A stretch of DNA of 64,000 nucleotides, taken from contig MU054323.1 of NCBI GenBank assembly GCA_013239625.1, positions 1,860,001 through 1,924,000 of the forward strand. Direction: 5' to 3'. Below are positions 1-11,690 of this stretch, piece by piece. Every line of letters begins with the position of its first letter. Positions within the stretch are counted from its first letter, which is position 1. Both the position numbers and the translations under genes were made by a program. The notes under the pieces are model-generated. The model worked only from the letters and a program-made list of their open reading frames with translations. It was not told the origin of the DNA and did not search any database. This stretch comes from Lama guanicoe (Eukaryota).

Positions 1-605
1 AGCTACATGCAAAAGGAACAAACTGGGCCATTTCTCACACTGCATACAGAAACAAAATCAAAATGGATTAAGGACTTCAATATAAGACCTGAAACTACCA
101 AACTTCTAGAAGAAAACATGGGCACAATGTCCTTTGACATTGATCTTAGTAATATGCACCCTCAGGCAAGGGAAACAAAAGTGAAAAGAAACAGGTGGGA
201 CTACGTCAAACTGAAAAGATTTTGCACAGCAAAGGAACTGTCAAAAATAATGTATGTTTTTATTTACATGTGGAATCCAAAAAACAAAACAAATGAACAA
301 ACATAACCAAACAGAAACTGACTCATATATACAAACAGGTGGTTGCCAAAGGGGAAAGTGAGGGAATGGGTGAAATAGGTGAGGAGATTAAGAGATACGA
401 TCTTCCAGTTACACAATAAGTGAGTCATGGGGATGAAATGTACAGCACAGGGGAATACAGTCAATTGTATCGTAGGTCTCTTTGGTGACAGATGGTAACT
501 AGACTTATTATGGTGATAATTTTATAATGTATACAAATATTATTCTCCTGGCACCAGCATAGTGTTGTAGGTCAATTACAGTTCAATTGAAAATACAAAA
601 TAAAA
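1..605 (+). mobile_element. LINE-1 3' fragment (ORF2 piece joined to L1MA9-like 3' UTR), internally deleted
   Basis: ORF 7..306 (KSKWIKDFNIRPETTKLLEENMG...WDYVKLKRFCTAKE) matches L1 ORF2p. At about 245-262 it jumps to the ORF2 end (tgtggaatc) and a 3' UTR ending in an A-rich tail. Confidence 0.9.
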
Positions 606-609
606 GATC

Positions 610-1130
610 TTGTGTGGACACAGTTTTTCATTTGTCTTGGGTAAACACCTGGGAATGGAATGACTGGGCATTAGGCTAAATGTTATGTTTTACATTATAA
701 GAAAATTTCCATTGTTTTCCAATATGGTTGTAGCAGTCAACATTGCCACAAGCAGTGTATAAAAGTTCCAATTTCTCCACATCTTTGTCAACACTGGTAC
801 AGTTAGTTCTTTTAATTTTAGCATTCACATGGGGCATAAAGGCATGTCATTGTGGTTTACAGTCCTTTAATGACTAATGTTAATCATGTTTTTGGTATCT
901 ATTGGTTATGTGCATACTTTTTATGGAGTATCAATGTAAATCTTTTGTCTATTTTTTGGTTGAGAGTTTATCTTATAATTAAACTGTAAGTGCTTTTATG
1001 TATTTTGGGCATAAGTTCTATGTTGTACATTTGACATTATCTATCTATTTATGTCTGTATGTATCAATCTATCTAATTTTCAACCTGTTAATGGGTTATC
1101 TTTCCACTTTTAAAAAGGAGTCTTAAAAAA
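610..1130 (-). mobile_element. Older L1M fragment (ORF2 3' region), antisense
   Basis: Typical antisense L1 text such as gggtaaacacctgggaatggaatgactggg, gttccaatttctccacatctttgtcaacact and ctttaatgactaatgt. Confidence 0.8.
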
Positions 1131-1159
1131 CAGAAAGGTCTACCTCAAAGTTACAAATG

Positions 1160-1620
1160 TCATATATACATATAAATATGCATGTTTAATGTATATCCCC
1201 ATGACTCCACCTGTAAGTAATACTCTATCAATTCATTTGAAATGTAAGAAGTTGAAAGCATCATATTTTCATTTCTCCCCATCCCCATGCCTATGCTTTT
1301 GTTTTCATATATTTTACCTCTACAAGTATTATCCATTTCACAGTACATTTGAAATATTTGTAACTCACTTGTCTCTTAAGAAATTAAAACTCTTCATTTC
1401 TAGTTACATGCATATTTATCTTTTCTGGCACTTTTCACTTCCTTTAATAGACCCAAAATTATTTATAGTTTTGTTTACTTTCTAACTAAAGAACTTCCAT
1501 TAATAATTTTTTGGAGTGTAGATTTTCTGGAAACAAATTCTCTCAGGTTCGATTTGTCTGAACATCTTTATTTTGCCTGCATTTTACATATATTTTCATA
1601 ATGAATAGAATCCTAGCTCT
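1160..1620 (-). mobile_element. Ancient L1M fragment (ORF1/inter-ORF region), antisense
   Basis: ctggaaacaaattctctcagg...tgtctgaacatctttattttgcc...tagaatcctag resembles antisense L1MC/ME ORF1 region; highly diverged. Confidence 0.55.
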
Positions 1621-3644
1621 TCATCTAAGGTACAACCATTGAAAGTTTCTCCTGAATATCCCAGCTGATCAAAGAGGACTTTCCTTCTTACCTTGTGCAT
1701 TAATTCTTTGGGAATTGTTCAGCTTATAGCTCCTCAGTCATGCTTTCCCTGGCTGTGTACAGTGCAGTCCCATGCGAGCACAACTCGGTATTCTACAAAG
1801 GTTCAAGGAGACTCCAGTCAGATTTCTGGAATTCTTTTCCACAGCACACTCCTTTCTAAACTCTTTCCTGCACGTTCCAGCTGCTTCATCTTCCCCGGAC
1901 TCTAATCTGAACTCTGTCTCCTCAATTCAGGAAGATAGCCTTGCTGTGTTTAGAGCCCCCCTCTCTGCACTGTGGTCCAGATTATGCATCTGGACAGAAA
2001 TCTGGGGTGATCTTAGGGTTCCCTTTGCTATTTTCACTTTGTGGTTCAAATAAGGGTCTGTGTTCAAAATTACGTTATGACTCTGTTAAGGTCTGGAATA
2101 ATACTCCTGCCATATACAATTAAAACACTGGACAAAATATTTTAAGAATTGTTTATAGATATTGGAAAATACATATCAGAGGACTGTGATCCCAGAGGGA
2201 AGAGAAGGAAAATTTGACCTTGGCGACTACACCGTGATGTTTTCTCAGAACTCTTTCTCTTTTACCGTTTTTCTGTATACACTCCTCAAATCTGTAAGGA
2301 GTAGGAAAAAATTAGATTTCTTCCCATAACTTTCCATCCTTCTCAAGTGCTTGTGTACTCATTTTTTTGGTCAGTATTTTATATTGAAAAATCTTAGTAG
2401 ACTAATGTTTAAAATTCAAGTTTGGAGACCTGAAGGTTGAAAGATTCATACTGTATTCAGAGTGTAGAGTGGAATAAACAGAGTTGGGAAAAGTCATTGA
2501 TGTCAACGTGAGGGATTCTCCTGGCTACTTATTAGATTTCACATTCTCCTCAGGGTGCCTTTGGTGAACTTATCTATTATTTCTTCTGTCTTTGAATCTG
2601 TTGTAACATGTAAATAAGCTTTCTTTTTTCAAAATTCTAAAGGACAGCAGTTTTAAAAATGTCATGCCACTGAGAGTCTAAAATAAAGCAATTGCTTATC
2701 AAAAAGTTAACAAGTAAATACTGTTTTCTGAGGGTGCCATTTCCCTGTTTGTTCTGGACTCCTGGCATTTAGCTTTTCTTGACTCTATCAGCCTGAGAAA
2801 CCTTAGGAATAGAAAGAATAATACATCATAAACTTCTGAAAAGGGGAAGAAAATCAGGTCTCTGTGAACATAGCAGGGCTTCTCGGTTACTTGTACTTTT
2901 CCGCCATAGGTTTCGGAAGAAATTGTGATGCGAAATGATCATTTGAGAGTGTTTTCACTTCCCTTTATCAGTGTGTGGTTAACATTTTCAAGTAATCCAT
3001 CAATTCTCAGCCCTACGGATTTCTGGGGATTGTTTTAACTCAGATAAAAAAAGTTCAAATGGGATGTATAACTGGGTAGCCAGGGAGAAAACCATGTGGT
3101 CTAATGATGATTTGTGATTTCCCTAAATATGCAAGGCTATTTCAAATCCCTTATTTGTAGTCCTATCCTCTCCCAAATAAACATAATATGCAGGGTTTTC
3201 TCTTTCTGAAATGTTCTCCCCTACTCTGTCCATCAGGAAAACTTTATATACTATTTAAATCTCATTTATAATGCTTCTTTATGAAACCTTCTCTTCCTTT
3301 ATCAAGAAAATATATTTGCCATGTATCCCATGCTTCCTATGAATTCAATGTGTGATTATTTATTGTATGTTGATCTCCACACTAGATTTTTATTTCCTCG
3401 AGTCCAGGGCTGTATGATATAGCTTTCTTTAAACCTGGGGGCCTGTCAAAATTTAGATTCTAACACTTAGGCATCTGCGTGTTATTTCTATATACATGGG
3501 GTCATTCTTAAATGTGTCTGTCACTTCCATCTATTCCCTTGCCACCTGTGGGCCTAAAGTGGTTACCAGGGAGTCCTTCTCCTGGCTTATGGCATTTTGG
3601 ACAGTAGAGCTAGCCCTCTGATCTGCGTTAAGAAGAAAGAGTAA

Positions 3645-4560
3645 CTACAAATAGCCAATAGGCACATGAAAAAATGCCCAATATCACTAATTATCAGAAA
3701 AATGCAAATCAAAACTACAATGAGTTACCATCTCACACCAGTCAGAATGGTCATCATTAAAAAGCCCACAGACAACAAATGCTGGAGAGGGTGTAGAGAA
3801 AAGGGAACCTTCCTACACTGCTGGTGGGAATGTCATTTGGTGCAGCCATTATGGGAAATAGAATGGAGATTCCTTAAAAAACTAAAAACAGACTTACCAT
3901 TTGATCCACCATTCCCACTCCTGGGCATATATCCAGAGGGAACTCTAATTTAAAAAGATATATGCACCCCAATGTTCATAGCAGCACGCCATGGAATAAC
4001 CAAGACATGAAAACAACCTAAATGTCCATTGACAGATGACTGGATAAAGAAGTTGGGGGATATTTATACAATGGAATACTACTCAGCCATAAAAAGAACA
4101 AAATAACACCATTTGCAGCAACACAGATGGACCTGGATATCATCATTCTGAGTGAAGTAAGCCAGAAAGAGAAAGAAAAATATCATATAATATCATTCAT
4201 TAAAAAAAGAAGAAAGAAGATGCTAATGAACTCATCTACAAAACTGAAACAGTCTCACAGATATAGTAAACAAACTTACAGTTACCAGGGGGAATGGGAA
4301 TGGGAAAGGATAAATTAGGAGTTTGAGATTTGCAAATATTAACTAGTATATATAAAATAGATGAACAACAAACTTCTTCTGTATAGCACAGGGAACTATA
4401 TTCAATATCCTGCAGTAACCTATAATGAAAAAGGGTATGGAAAGGAATATGTGTATGTATATGTATGAGTGAAACATGCTGTACACCAGAGACTGACACA
4501 TTGTAAACTGACTATATGTCAATAAAAAAAAGAAAAAAAGAAAGAAAAAGAAAGAGAAAA
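3645..4560 (+). mobile_element. 5'-truncated lineage-specific LINE-1 (ORF2 C-terminus, 3' UTR, poly-A)
   Basis: ORF 3666..3953 carries the ORF2p Cys-rich motif [19 protein letters not shown]; 4127.. gives MDLDIIILSEVSQKEKEKYH; aataaa and A-rich tail at about 4521-4560. In-frame stops are present. Confidence 0.95.
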
Positions 4561-4843
4561 CATTTACCTAGAACACAATTCCAATTTTTGAAATATATAC
4601 AATAAAAATACTGGAAGGATCTATTTAAAGAAAAAGAAGAAAGAATTAACTAATCTGAAATTACTCTGTGTTTGCATTACATTTCTAACTTACATTTGAA
4701 ATATAATCAGTTGAATTATTGAGATTAAATGCATAGCATTTATTCCTGCAGTCACAAGTCTTCCCGTGTTACAGAAGTCATGGAGAATGTGACACTTTGT
4801 TCATTTTAGATTGTCTCTTTGGCTTAATTTGCCGTATCCTAAA

Positions 4844-5289
4844 TGTTGAAGAGGGTCATTGATAGAATATAACCATCAGTTGATCCAAGAGCTGGACCTT
4901 GGCAATTAGAGGCTCTTCACCCTCTCCTTTGTCCTTGCAATGTACGTTCTGCCCACTGTTCCCACAGTGGGAGATGTTTCAAGGATGCAGCCTGGAGAGA
5001 GAGCAATGTGTTGTTGAGATCATCTGGGTGATATATGTGACTGAATCCAGTGAAGGCCTCTATGTAAACATTTAAGATTCTGGTAGACGAGTGCAGAGAT
5101 CTACTTGTCTTGCAGCCGCCCAAGACAGCCCTGCATGTAAACTCCCTGGCTTATTAAACCTGCCACCTACCAGTCAGGACTGGTCTGTCTGTTTCTTCAA
5201 TCTTTTCTTGCTCGCCATAGATAGGGCATCCATATATGCCCTTCATTTCCAGATTTCACCTGGGAAACTCTCGAGGGTGTGAACCAACA
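4844..5289 (+). mobile_element. Solo LTR, probably ERV1 class
   Basis: Termini TGTTG (4844) ... CAACA (5289), ATTAAA poly-A signal near 5153, LTR-like composition. No clean TSD seen. Confidence 0.65.
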
Positions 5290-6447
5290 TCAAAATAACA
5301 ATAATGCCCTTAAGTCCGTGCATTTGCGCCAACTCATACTTTATATGGCCCCTTTGGGGTGCATTTTCAATTCATGAAGATGCTTTGTTGCAGGCAATGT
5401 GCTTGACACTTGGAACACAAAAATAATAACACAAGCTCTCTGTACTTTAGAACTCACAGTGAGGTTGTATAAAATACCATATATTAACTTCTAAAGTACA
5501 CACATACACATAATACACATCCCCACACATATACATACACAGTGAGAACTAAGATGAGAGAAAAATGCATTGTATCTACATCTACATGTGACACCTATTG
5601 ACACTGATTACCTTCGGATCCTGGCAAGTTTCCTGTGACATAGCTGTACCAATTATGTTCATGTTCAATAGTGAATGACAATTACCCCCAAGTTAGAGGA
5701 TTATGCATGATATATATTTATTTATTTTCTAAGTGAAGGAAGACAGGAGGTAGGTGGTCTGAGGCTTGCGCAGTGAGTCTGTGGTTACAGAGGAGTTGGA
5801 ATCTTTCCTGATGGCTCCACTGGAATGGCTAGATTGCAACCCTCCATCAGCAAGCTCCATAATGAGTGAGCTGGGAGGAGAGGGGTGGATATCCTCCCTT
5901 TAAGGAGACTTTGGAGTCTCATGTAATACAGCCACTTTGGTAGGAAATCAGCAGTCTGCACCAATGTAGGCACTGTCATTGGACCTGCATAAAGACCTGC
6001 AGGCTCATGGAGTAACGTGTGGGTGACTGGCATTAGAAGAGCTGGATTCTCGGTCAGTTCAATCACTTACTAAAGAAGAGGCTTGTAGCAAATCACTCAT
6101 TAGTGGAAAAAAAAATGGTATTATCTCTTGTATGAGAGATCCTTCGATCAGATGACAGATCACACATGAAAACTGTCTCAAACTGAAGTGTCATACTAAT
6201 TAGTTCTCAGTGAAGCTGAAGTTGTGGTTATGTGATCACAATTAGATAAGTCAAACGATGACATGTGGTCCTGCCTTTTCCAGCAGATGGAAGATTTTTC
6301 AAGAATTGCAGCTGTATAGATATTTCCTTTAACAAGTGTGTGGATTCTTTTCCCTTGTTCACAATAGAGTTCCTATGCATTGTTTATCCCCAGGAAAAAA
6401 GCATGCATTTTCCTGGGAATGCTCCTTAGAGTAAGAAAGCCAATTCT

Positions 6448-6623
6448 CAATAGATAAATAATAAGGTCCTCCTGTATAGCACAGGGAATCATATTCAATA
6501 GCTTGTAATAGCTTATAATAAAAAGACTATGAAAAGGAATACATATATGTGTAACTGAATCACAACGCTGTGCACCAGAAATTAACCTTGTAAACTGACT
6601 ATATTTCAATTAAAAAAAAAAAA
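6448..6623 (+). mobile_element. Short L1 3'-end insertion with poly-A
   Basis: Aligns by eye to 4357-4530 (ctgtatagcacagggaa...tgtaaactgactatat). Degenerate TSD aaagccaattct / aaaggcaatttt. Confidence 0.9.
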
Positions 6624-6675
6624 GGCAATTTTAGTTCGTGTTCAGAATGAATGAGACTGAGAGACTTGTGAATGC

Positions 6676-7086
6676 CAAGACCAAACAATTCCAGAGGAGT
6701 TGGAACCAGGGAAATGGAGGAAGGTACAGAAGAGTTCTCCAGCAGCTGTCATTCCACCCTGTGGCTCAGGCTTGGGTTGCTGACTTTTTTCATTAGAGAT
6801 CCGCCAGGGAATAAGAACTTTAGAGAATGCCCCCAGCTATCTAGGGACTTTAATTTTTTCTATCAAGACCAAATAATTCCAGAGGAACATCATGTCTAGC
6901 TAACATCTCTTAGTGGGAGTAGAGCTGGAACCAGGGGAATGGAGGAAGGTACAGAAGAGTTCTTCAACAGCTGTCATTCCACCCTGTGGCTCAGCCTTGG
7001 GTTGCTGACTTTTTTCATTAGAGATCTGCCAGGGAGTAAGAACTTTAGAGAATGCCCCCAGCTATCTAGGGACTTTAATTTTTTCT
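6676..7086. repeat. Local tandem duplication: 6676-6861 (186 bp) and 6864-7086 (223 bp)
   Basis: Direct alignment gives 8 substitutions over 186 bp plus a 37-bp segment (6885-6921) present only in copy 2. Confidence 0.95.
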
Positions 7087-7631
7087 TCTTTTTTAAATTG
7101 AAGTATAGTTGATGTTACAATGTTATATTAGTTTCAGCTGTGCAACATAGTGATTTGATGTTTTTATAGATTATACTCCAATTAAAGTTGTTAAAAATAC
7201 TGGTTATATTCTCTGTGCTACATATTACATCCTTGTATCTTATTTATTTTATACCTGGTGATTTGTACCTCTTAATCCCCTTTCCCTATCTTGACCCTCC
7301 CCCACCTCTCTCCCAGCAGTTACCACTAGTTTGTTCTCTGTATCTATGAGTTTGTTTATGTTTTGTTATACTCATTCATTTGTTTTATTTTTTAGATTCC
7401 ATATGTAAGTGCAAATATACAGTATTTGTCTTTCTCTGTCTGATTTACTTCAGTAAGCAAAATATCCTCAAGGTCCATTCACATTGCTGCAAATGACAAA
7501 TTTTCATTCTTTTTTATGGCCAAATAATATTCCACTGTGCATATACATCTTCTTTATCCATTGATCTGTTTAAGGACACTAAGGTTGCTTCCATATCTTG
7601 GCTATTGTAAATAATGCTGCTATGAACATTG
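7087..7631 (-). mobile_element. LINE-1 3' end (L1MA9-like), antisense
   Basis: Begins with a T tract then aattgaagtatagttgat...tttttagattccatatgtaagt...ttggctattgtaaataatgctgctatgaacatt. Confidence 0.9.
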
Positions 7632-7905
7632 GGTTCAATATTCATAAATAATCAATGTGATGCACTACATAAACAAAATGAAGATTAAAAACCACATGAT
7701 AATCTCAATAGATGCAGAAAAAGTACTAGAGAAATTTCAACACCCATTCATGATAAAAACTCTTGCCAGACTTGGTACAGAGGGAACACACCTCAACATA
7801 ATAAAATTCATTTATGACAAACCCACAGCTGACATTATACCCAATTGTGGAAAGTTGAAAGCCTCTCCTCTAAAATCAGAAATAAGACAAGAAGGCCCAC
7901 TCACT
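7632..7905 (+). mobile_element. Inverted internal L1 ORF2 (reverse transcriptase) segment
   Basis: ORF 7657..7917 ([20 protein letters not shown]...QHPFMIKTL...YDKPTADII) is L1 RT, in opposite orientation to the flanking L1 pieces. Confidence 0.9.
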
Positions 7906-7933
7906 ATTTTTATTTAAAAATTTTCACAATTGA

Positions 7934-9500
7934 GTTTATGTAGTGTATCACATTGAATGATTATTTATGAATATTGAATCACCCTTTCACCCCTGGAATA
8001 TATCCCACTTGATCATGGTTAGTGTATGATCCTTTTTATATATTGTTGACTTTGGTTTGCTAATATTTTGTTGAGGATTTTTGCCTCCATATTCATTGGG
8101 GATATTGATATGTAATTTTCTTTGTTTTTTCGTAGGGAGTTTCTTTGTCTGGTTTTGGTATCAGGGTAATGTTGACCTCATAGAATAAATTTGAGAGAGT
8201 GCCCACCTCTTCAATTTTCTCTAAAGTTTGAGAAGACTAGATATTAACTCTTCTTTATATGTTGGGTAGAATTCCCCTGTGAAGCTGTTTGCTCCTGGAC
8301 TTTTGATTGTTGGGAGTTTTTTGATTATGAATTCAATTTCATTACTAGGAATCAGTCCTTTGAGATTCTGTATTTCTTCCTGATTCAGCCTTGGAAGAGC
8401 ATGTTTCCAGGAATGTATCTGTTTCTTCTAGTTGTCCAATTTGCTGGCATATAATTGTTCTAGTATTCTCTTATTATTGCTTGCATTTCTGTGACATGAG
8501 TTGTCATTTCATCTCTTTCATTTCTTATTTTGTTTACTTGGGTCTTCTTTTTTTCTTAAGCAGACTGGCCAAAGGCTTATTAATTTTGTTTATCTCTTCT
8601 CTTCAGAGGAAGTTGAGCTCCGCTCTTTTCTTCCTCTTTCAGTCTCTCCCCTTGGGGGGATGATTTTCTTTGGTGTTACTTTTGTGATCGTTTCTCTCCA
8701 GTTTTTGTGTATCTATTATAGGTTTTTGATTTGTGATTACAATGAAGTTCATATACTTGTTTCAAACTGATAGCAATATAAGTTCAAACTGATTCTAAAA
8801 GCCTTTATATCTTCACTCCTCCCTTCACTGCGCTTTGTGTTTTTGATGTTATATTTAACATTTTCTTTTCTATCCTTCAACTGTTTATTATAGTTTGATT
8901 TTACAATGTTTGTCTGTTAACCTTCATACTAGCTTTTTAAGTGGTTGATCCACTACCTTTACTATATATTTGTCTTTACCAAGTGGGACTTTTTCTTTCC
9001 TGTAATTTCTTTCTTGTTGCAACACCTGCTCTGGTGGGTGATCTGGTGATAGAGGTCTTTGCCCTGGAGCTGGCTTTGCTCCCTTAGGGTAAGTGCAATG
9101 CTCTAGATGGCAATGTCTGCCTCTGCCCTCGTCAGAGGCGGGGCTGGGATCCAGGCTGACTCTGTTCCCTCCAAGTGTGCACACTCTCATTTGCAACAAC
9201 AGCCTCTGCCTTAGTGGGGAGCAGTGCCAGAGCAAGAGGGGCTGGAGCAGGAACCTGGGGCAGGTGGAGAGGGCATGCCAAGGTGGTCCTGGCAAGCCAG
9301 CGGGAGCCTCAGGCAGCCTTCAGTCTGCTGCCTCCCTGCTGTGACTGGGAGTAAGCAAGACTGTGTGTGTGTTCTTTAAGAGGGGAGTCTCAGTTTCTTA
9401 CAGCCCTTCAGTAACCCCACTGATTTTCAAACCAGCTGAGGAGGCTCGTCTTCCCAGTGTCAGACTCCTGGCCTGGGAATGCCAAATACGTGGCTCAAAT
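7934..9500 (-). mobile_element. LINE-1 upstream portion, antisense: ORF2 (7934-about 8610), ORF1/inter-ORF relic (about 8640-9010), GC-richer 5' region (about 9020-9500)
   Basis: tttgctaatattttgttgaggatt and ggttttggtatcagggtaatg are canonical antisense ORF2; the 5' region assignment is from remembered similarity and composition. Confidence 0.75.
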
Positions 9501-9559
9501 CCCTTGCCATGCTCTTAGAATGGTAAAACAAGGAGGAATCTAAGAAGTTTACTCCCTGC

Positions 9560-9615
9560 TCAATTTACAAATAGAGAAACTGAGGCCCAGAAAGGGGAGG
9601 GACTTCCTAAAAATC
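9560..9615 (-). mobile_element. MIR core fragment
   Basis: atttacaaatagagaaactgaggcccagaaagg matches the MIR core. Confidence 0.7.
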
Positions 9616-10179
9616 AAGAGCTCTGTTTTTATCTTAGCGGGGTTTTTTGACCTTGCTGGATTGCAGCAAAATCCGAGGATTTACGGGTTTATCTGCTCTG
9701 CTTTGTCTGGTCTCATATGCAAAGGGCGATATGCAGCACAGAAGGAAAGGAGAGCCCAGTTACGGCTGTCTGCTGCAGCTGGCACAGCTAGAATTTTAAT
9801 ATACACTTAATGGCGATTTTATGACTCCATTTGCAGCAGGCTGGCTTCTCCTGCCTGTCACTAACAAAATATATTACTCTGGTTCATCATGGATAGAATG
9901 GGCCAATGAATACTGTAGTACCTTGAAGGGGGTAAAGCATTGTTCAAAGGTTTTGTATGATATGCCGTTGGTTTTATTAGTATTGCTGCCTTAATTCTTA
10001 AAATTCTCAGCAGTGCATAGCTTCACAATTAGAATTATTCTTTGAAATATCACTTTAATTCACCAGTCTGAAAGCTAGCTTTTGATGGGGAAGGGGTGGG
10101 AAGAAGTCTGATTCTCTAGGAGAGCTTCTGCTGGAAAAATTCTAGTATTGTAGCCCTGCATAGGACTTTACAGACCGCT

Positions 10180-10295
10180 AATCCAACTCTCTGAATTTTT
10201 AGATAAGGAATATAAAGCCTAAAGAAAGGAAGTAACTTGCTCTAGGTGCCATGCCCAGATGGTGACAGAACAGGGACCAAGTCCCTTGACTTGGA
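10180..10295 (-). mobile_element. MIR fragment
   Basis: ttttagataaggaa...gaagtaacttgctctaggtgcc...ggtgacagaacagggac. Confidence 0.65.
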
Positions 10296-11319
10296 AGACA
10301 ATACACACAACTTACGTATAATTTATTTCTGTCCTTTAGACTCCATGGGGAAAAGCAGAGGGTTCAGGTAACACGTTACCTGAAAGTTTAAATTTGAATA
10401 AATAATTCCATGAGCAGAAAAACAAAAGACAGAGATCACTGTCTGGTGAATACTTTTCATGTAAAACATAGACTAGATTGTCAGCTCCTTGAAAGCAAGC
10501 ATTTCTACCCTTGCAATATTGAGTTGAGCACTTAGAACCCATGTGATTGATTAATCAGCTAAAATCGTTCTGAGATGAGCTAAGTCATTTCATTTCTTGG
10601 GTAATAATTATCTTTTCTGGTTACTAGGCAAACCCAGAGGAGGCGTTGTCTGCCTACTTATCTGTATCAGGGCTCCAGATCATGGGTTGGGATTGGTGAC
10701 TAATTTCTGCTCCTCCAACATGAGAGGTCAGATCCTCAGGCATGTAGCTCATTTCACTGAAGTGTAATTCCTGTAAAAGTGAAGTTAGCTTTGTTTGGCC
10801 CCGGCTGTACTTTACATGGTGGGCATTTCTCATCACTGAGCCAACTGCCTGGCCAGAGGCAGTGGTTCAGCCAATGCTAGAAGGCTCTGAGTCAAAGTTA
10901 GGGCCCAAGCATAGTAGCATGGGTACTTTGGAGAGGGGACAGAGGATCCCAGCCCTCCAGAGGTCCTATGGTTTGCTGAAAGTGCCTATGGGAGGGGCCA
11001 TTTCAATGCCAAGACTTCAAGGGACACCTTGAACCAGGAGGAAAGATTTCTGGTGATGCTAGTGCAGAGCTGGACTGCAGTGTGTGTCTCTCCCTTGATA
11101 CCTCGTAGATACGGGCTTGACTTGGCCTATGCCCCCAGGCTGCTGCAAAGTCAGAAGATAGCCTGTTCCAAAGACAGCCCCTGCCGAAGAAGCATATTCT
11201 CTGTGTTGTTTCTGTTCATCAGCCCTACTGGTTCAATAATAATTTAGCAGAAATAACATTAAGAACAATAACACATTCAGTAATAAAAAGAAGCATTCAT
11301 TAAATAGCTATGAGTTTCA

Positions 11320-11690
11320 AATGCTTTACAAACATTAACTTATCTAAATTTTATACAGCCTTTAGAATGGTATTAGTCAACCCATTTCACAGAGGTGGAC
11401 ATTGAAACTCAGAACAATAAACCAAATTGTTCAGGTTTATGTAAGCTACTAAGGAGAAGATTGCATACTAGAAACAATTCCTCTCTGACCCCGAAGTCAG
11501 TGTTCTTTCTACTGCATTGATCATGTGCACATTTCTTTGCAGTTTACAAACCAGATTCACTTCTACTAGTTCATTTGAAACAACCCTGTGACCTAGTTTT
11601 TCTTTTGGTCCTTATTTTACACACTAGGAAACCGCCTACATTTTTATTTCTAGGAAGTAGCAGAGCTGGGGTTTAAATCTAATTCTCTCA
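11320..11690 (-). mobile_element. Two adjacent MIR fragments
   Basis: cccatttcacagaggtggacattgaaactcagaa and cttattttacacactaggaaac...aagtagcagagctggggtttaaatc. Confidence 0.65.

Noticed and set aside
3666..3953. L1 ORF2 peptides as functional genes (also 7657-7917, 14501-14701, 52855-53061)
   Set aside because: Truncated and interrupted by stops or frameshifts; retrotransposon relics.
6676..7086. CRISPR-like or satellite array
   Set aside because: Only two long units with no repeat-spacer structure; eukaryotic DNA with no cas genes.
9643..9659. T7-terminator-like ggggttttttg
   Set aside because: No stem-loop and a mammalian context; coincidence.
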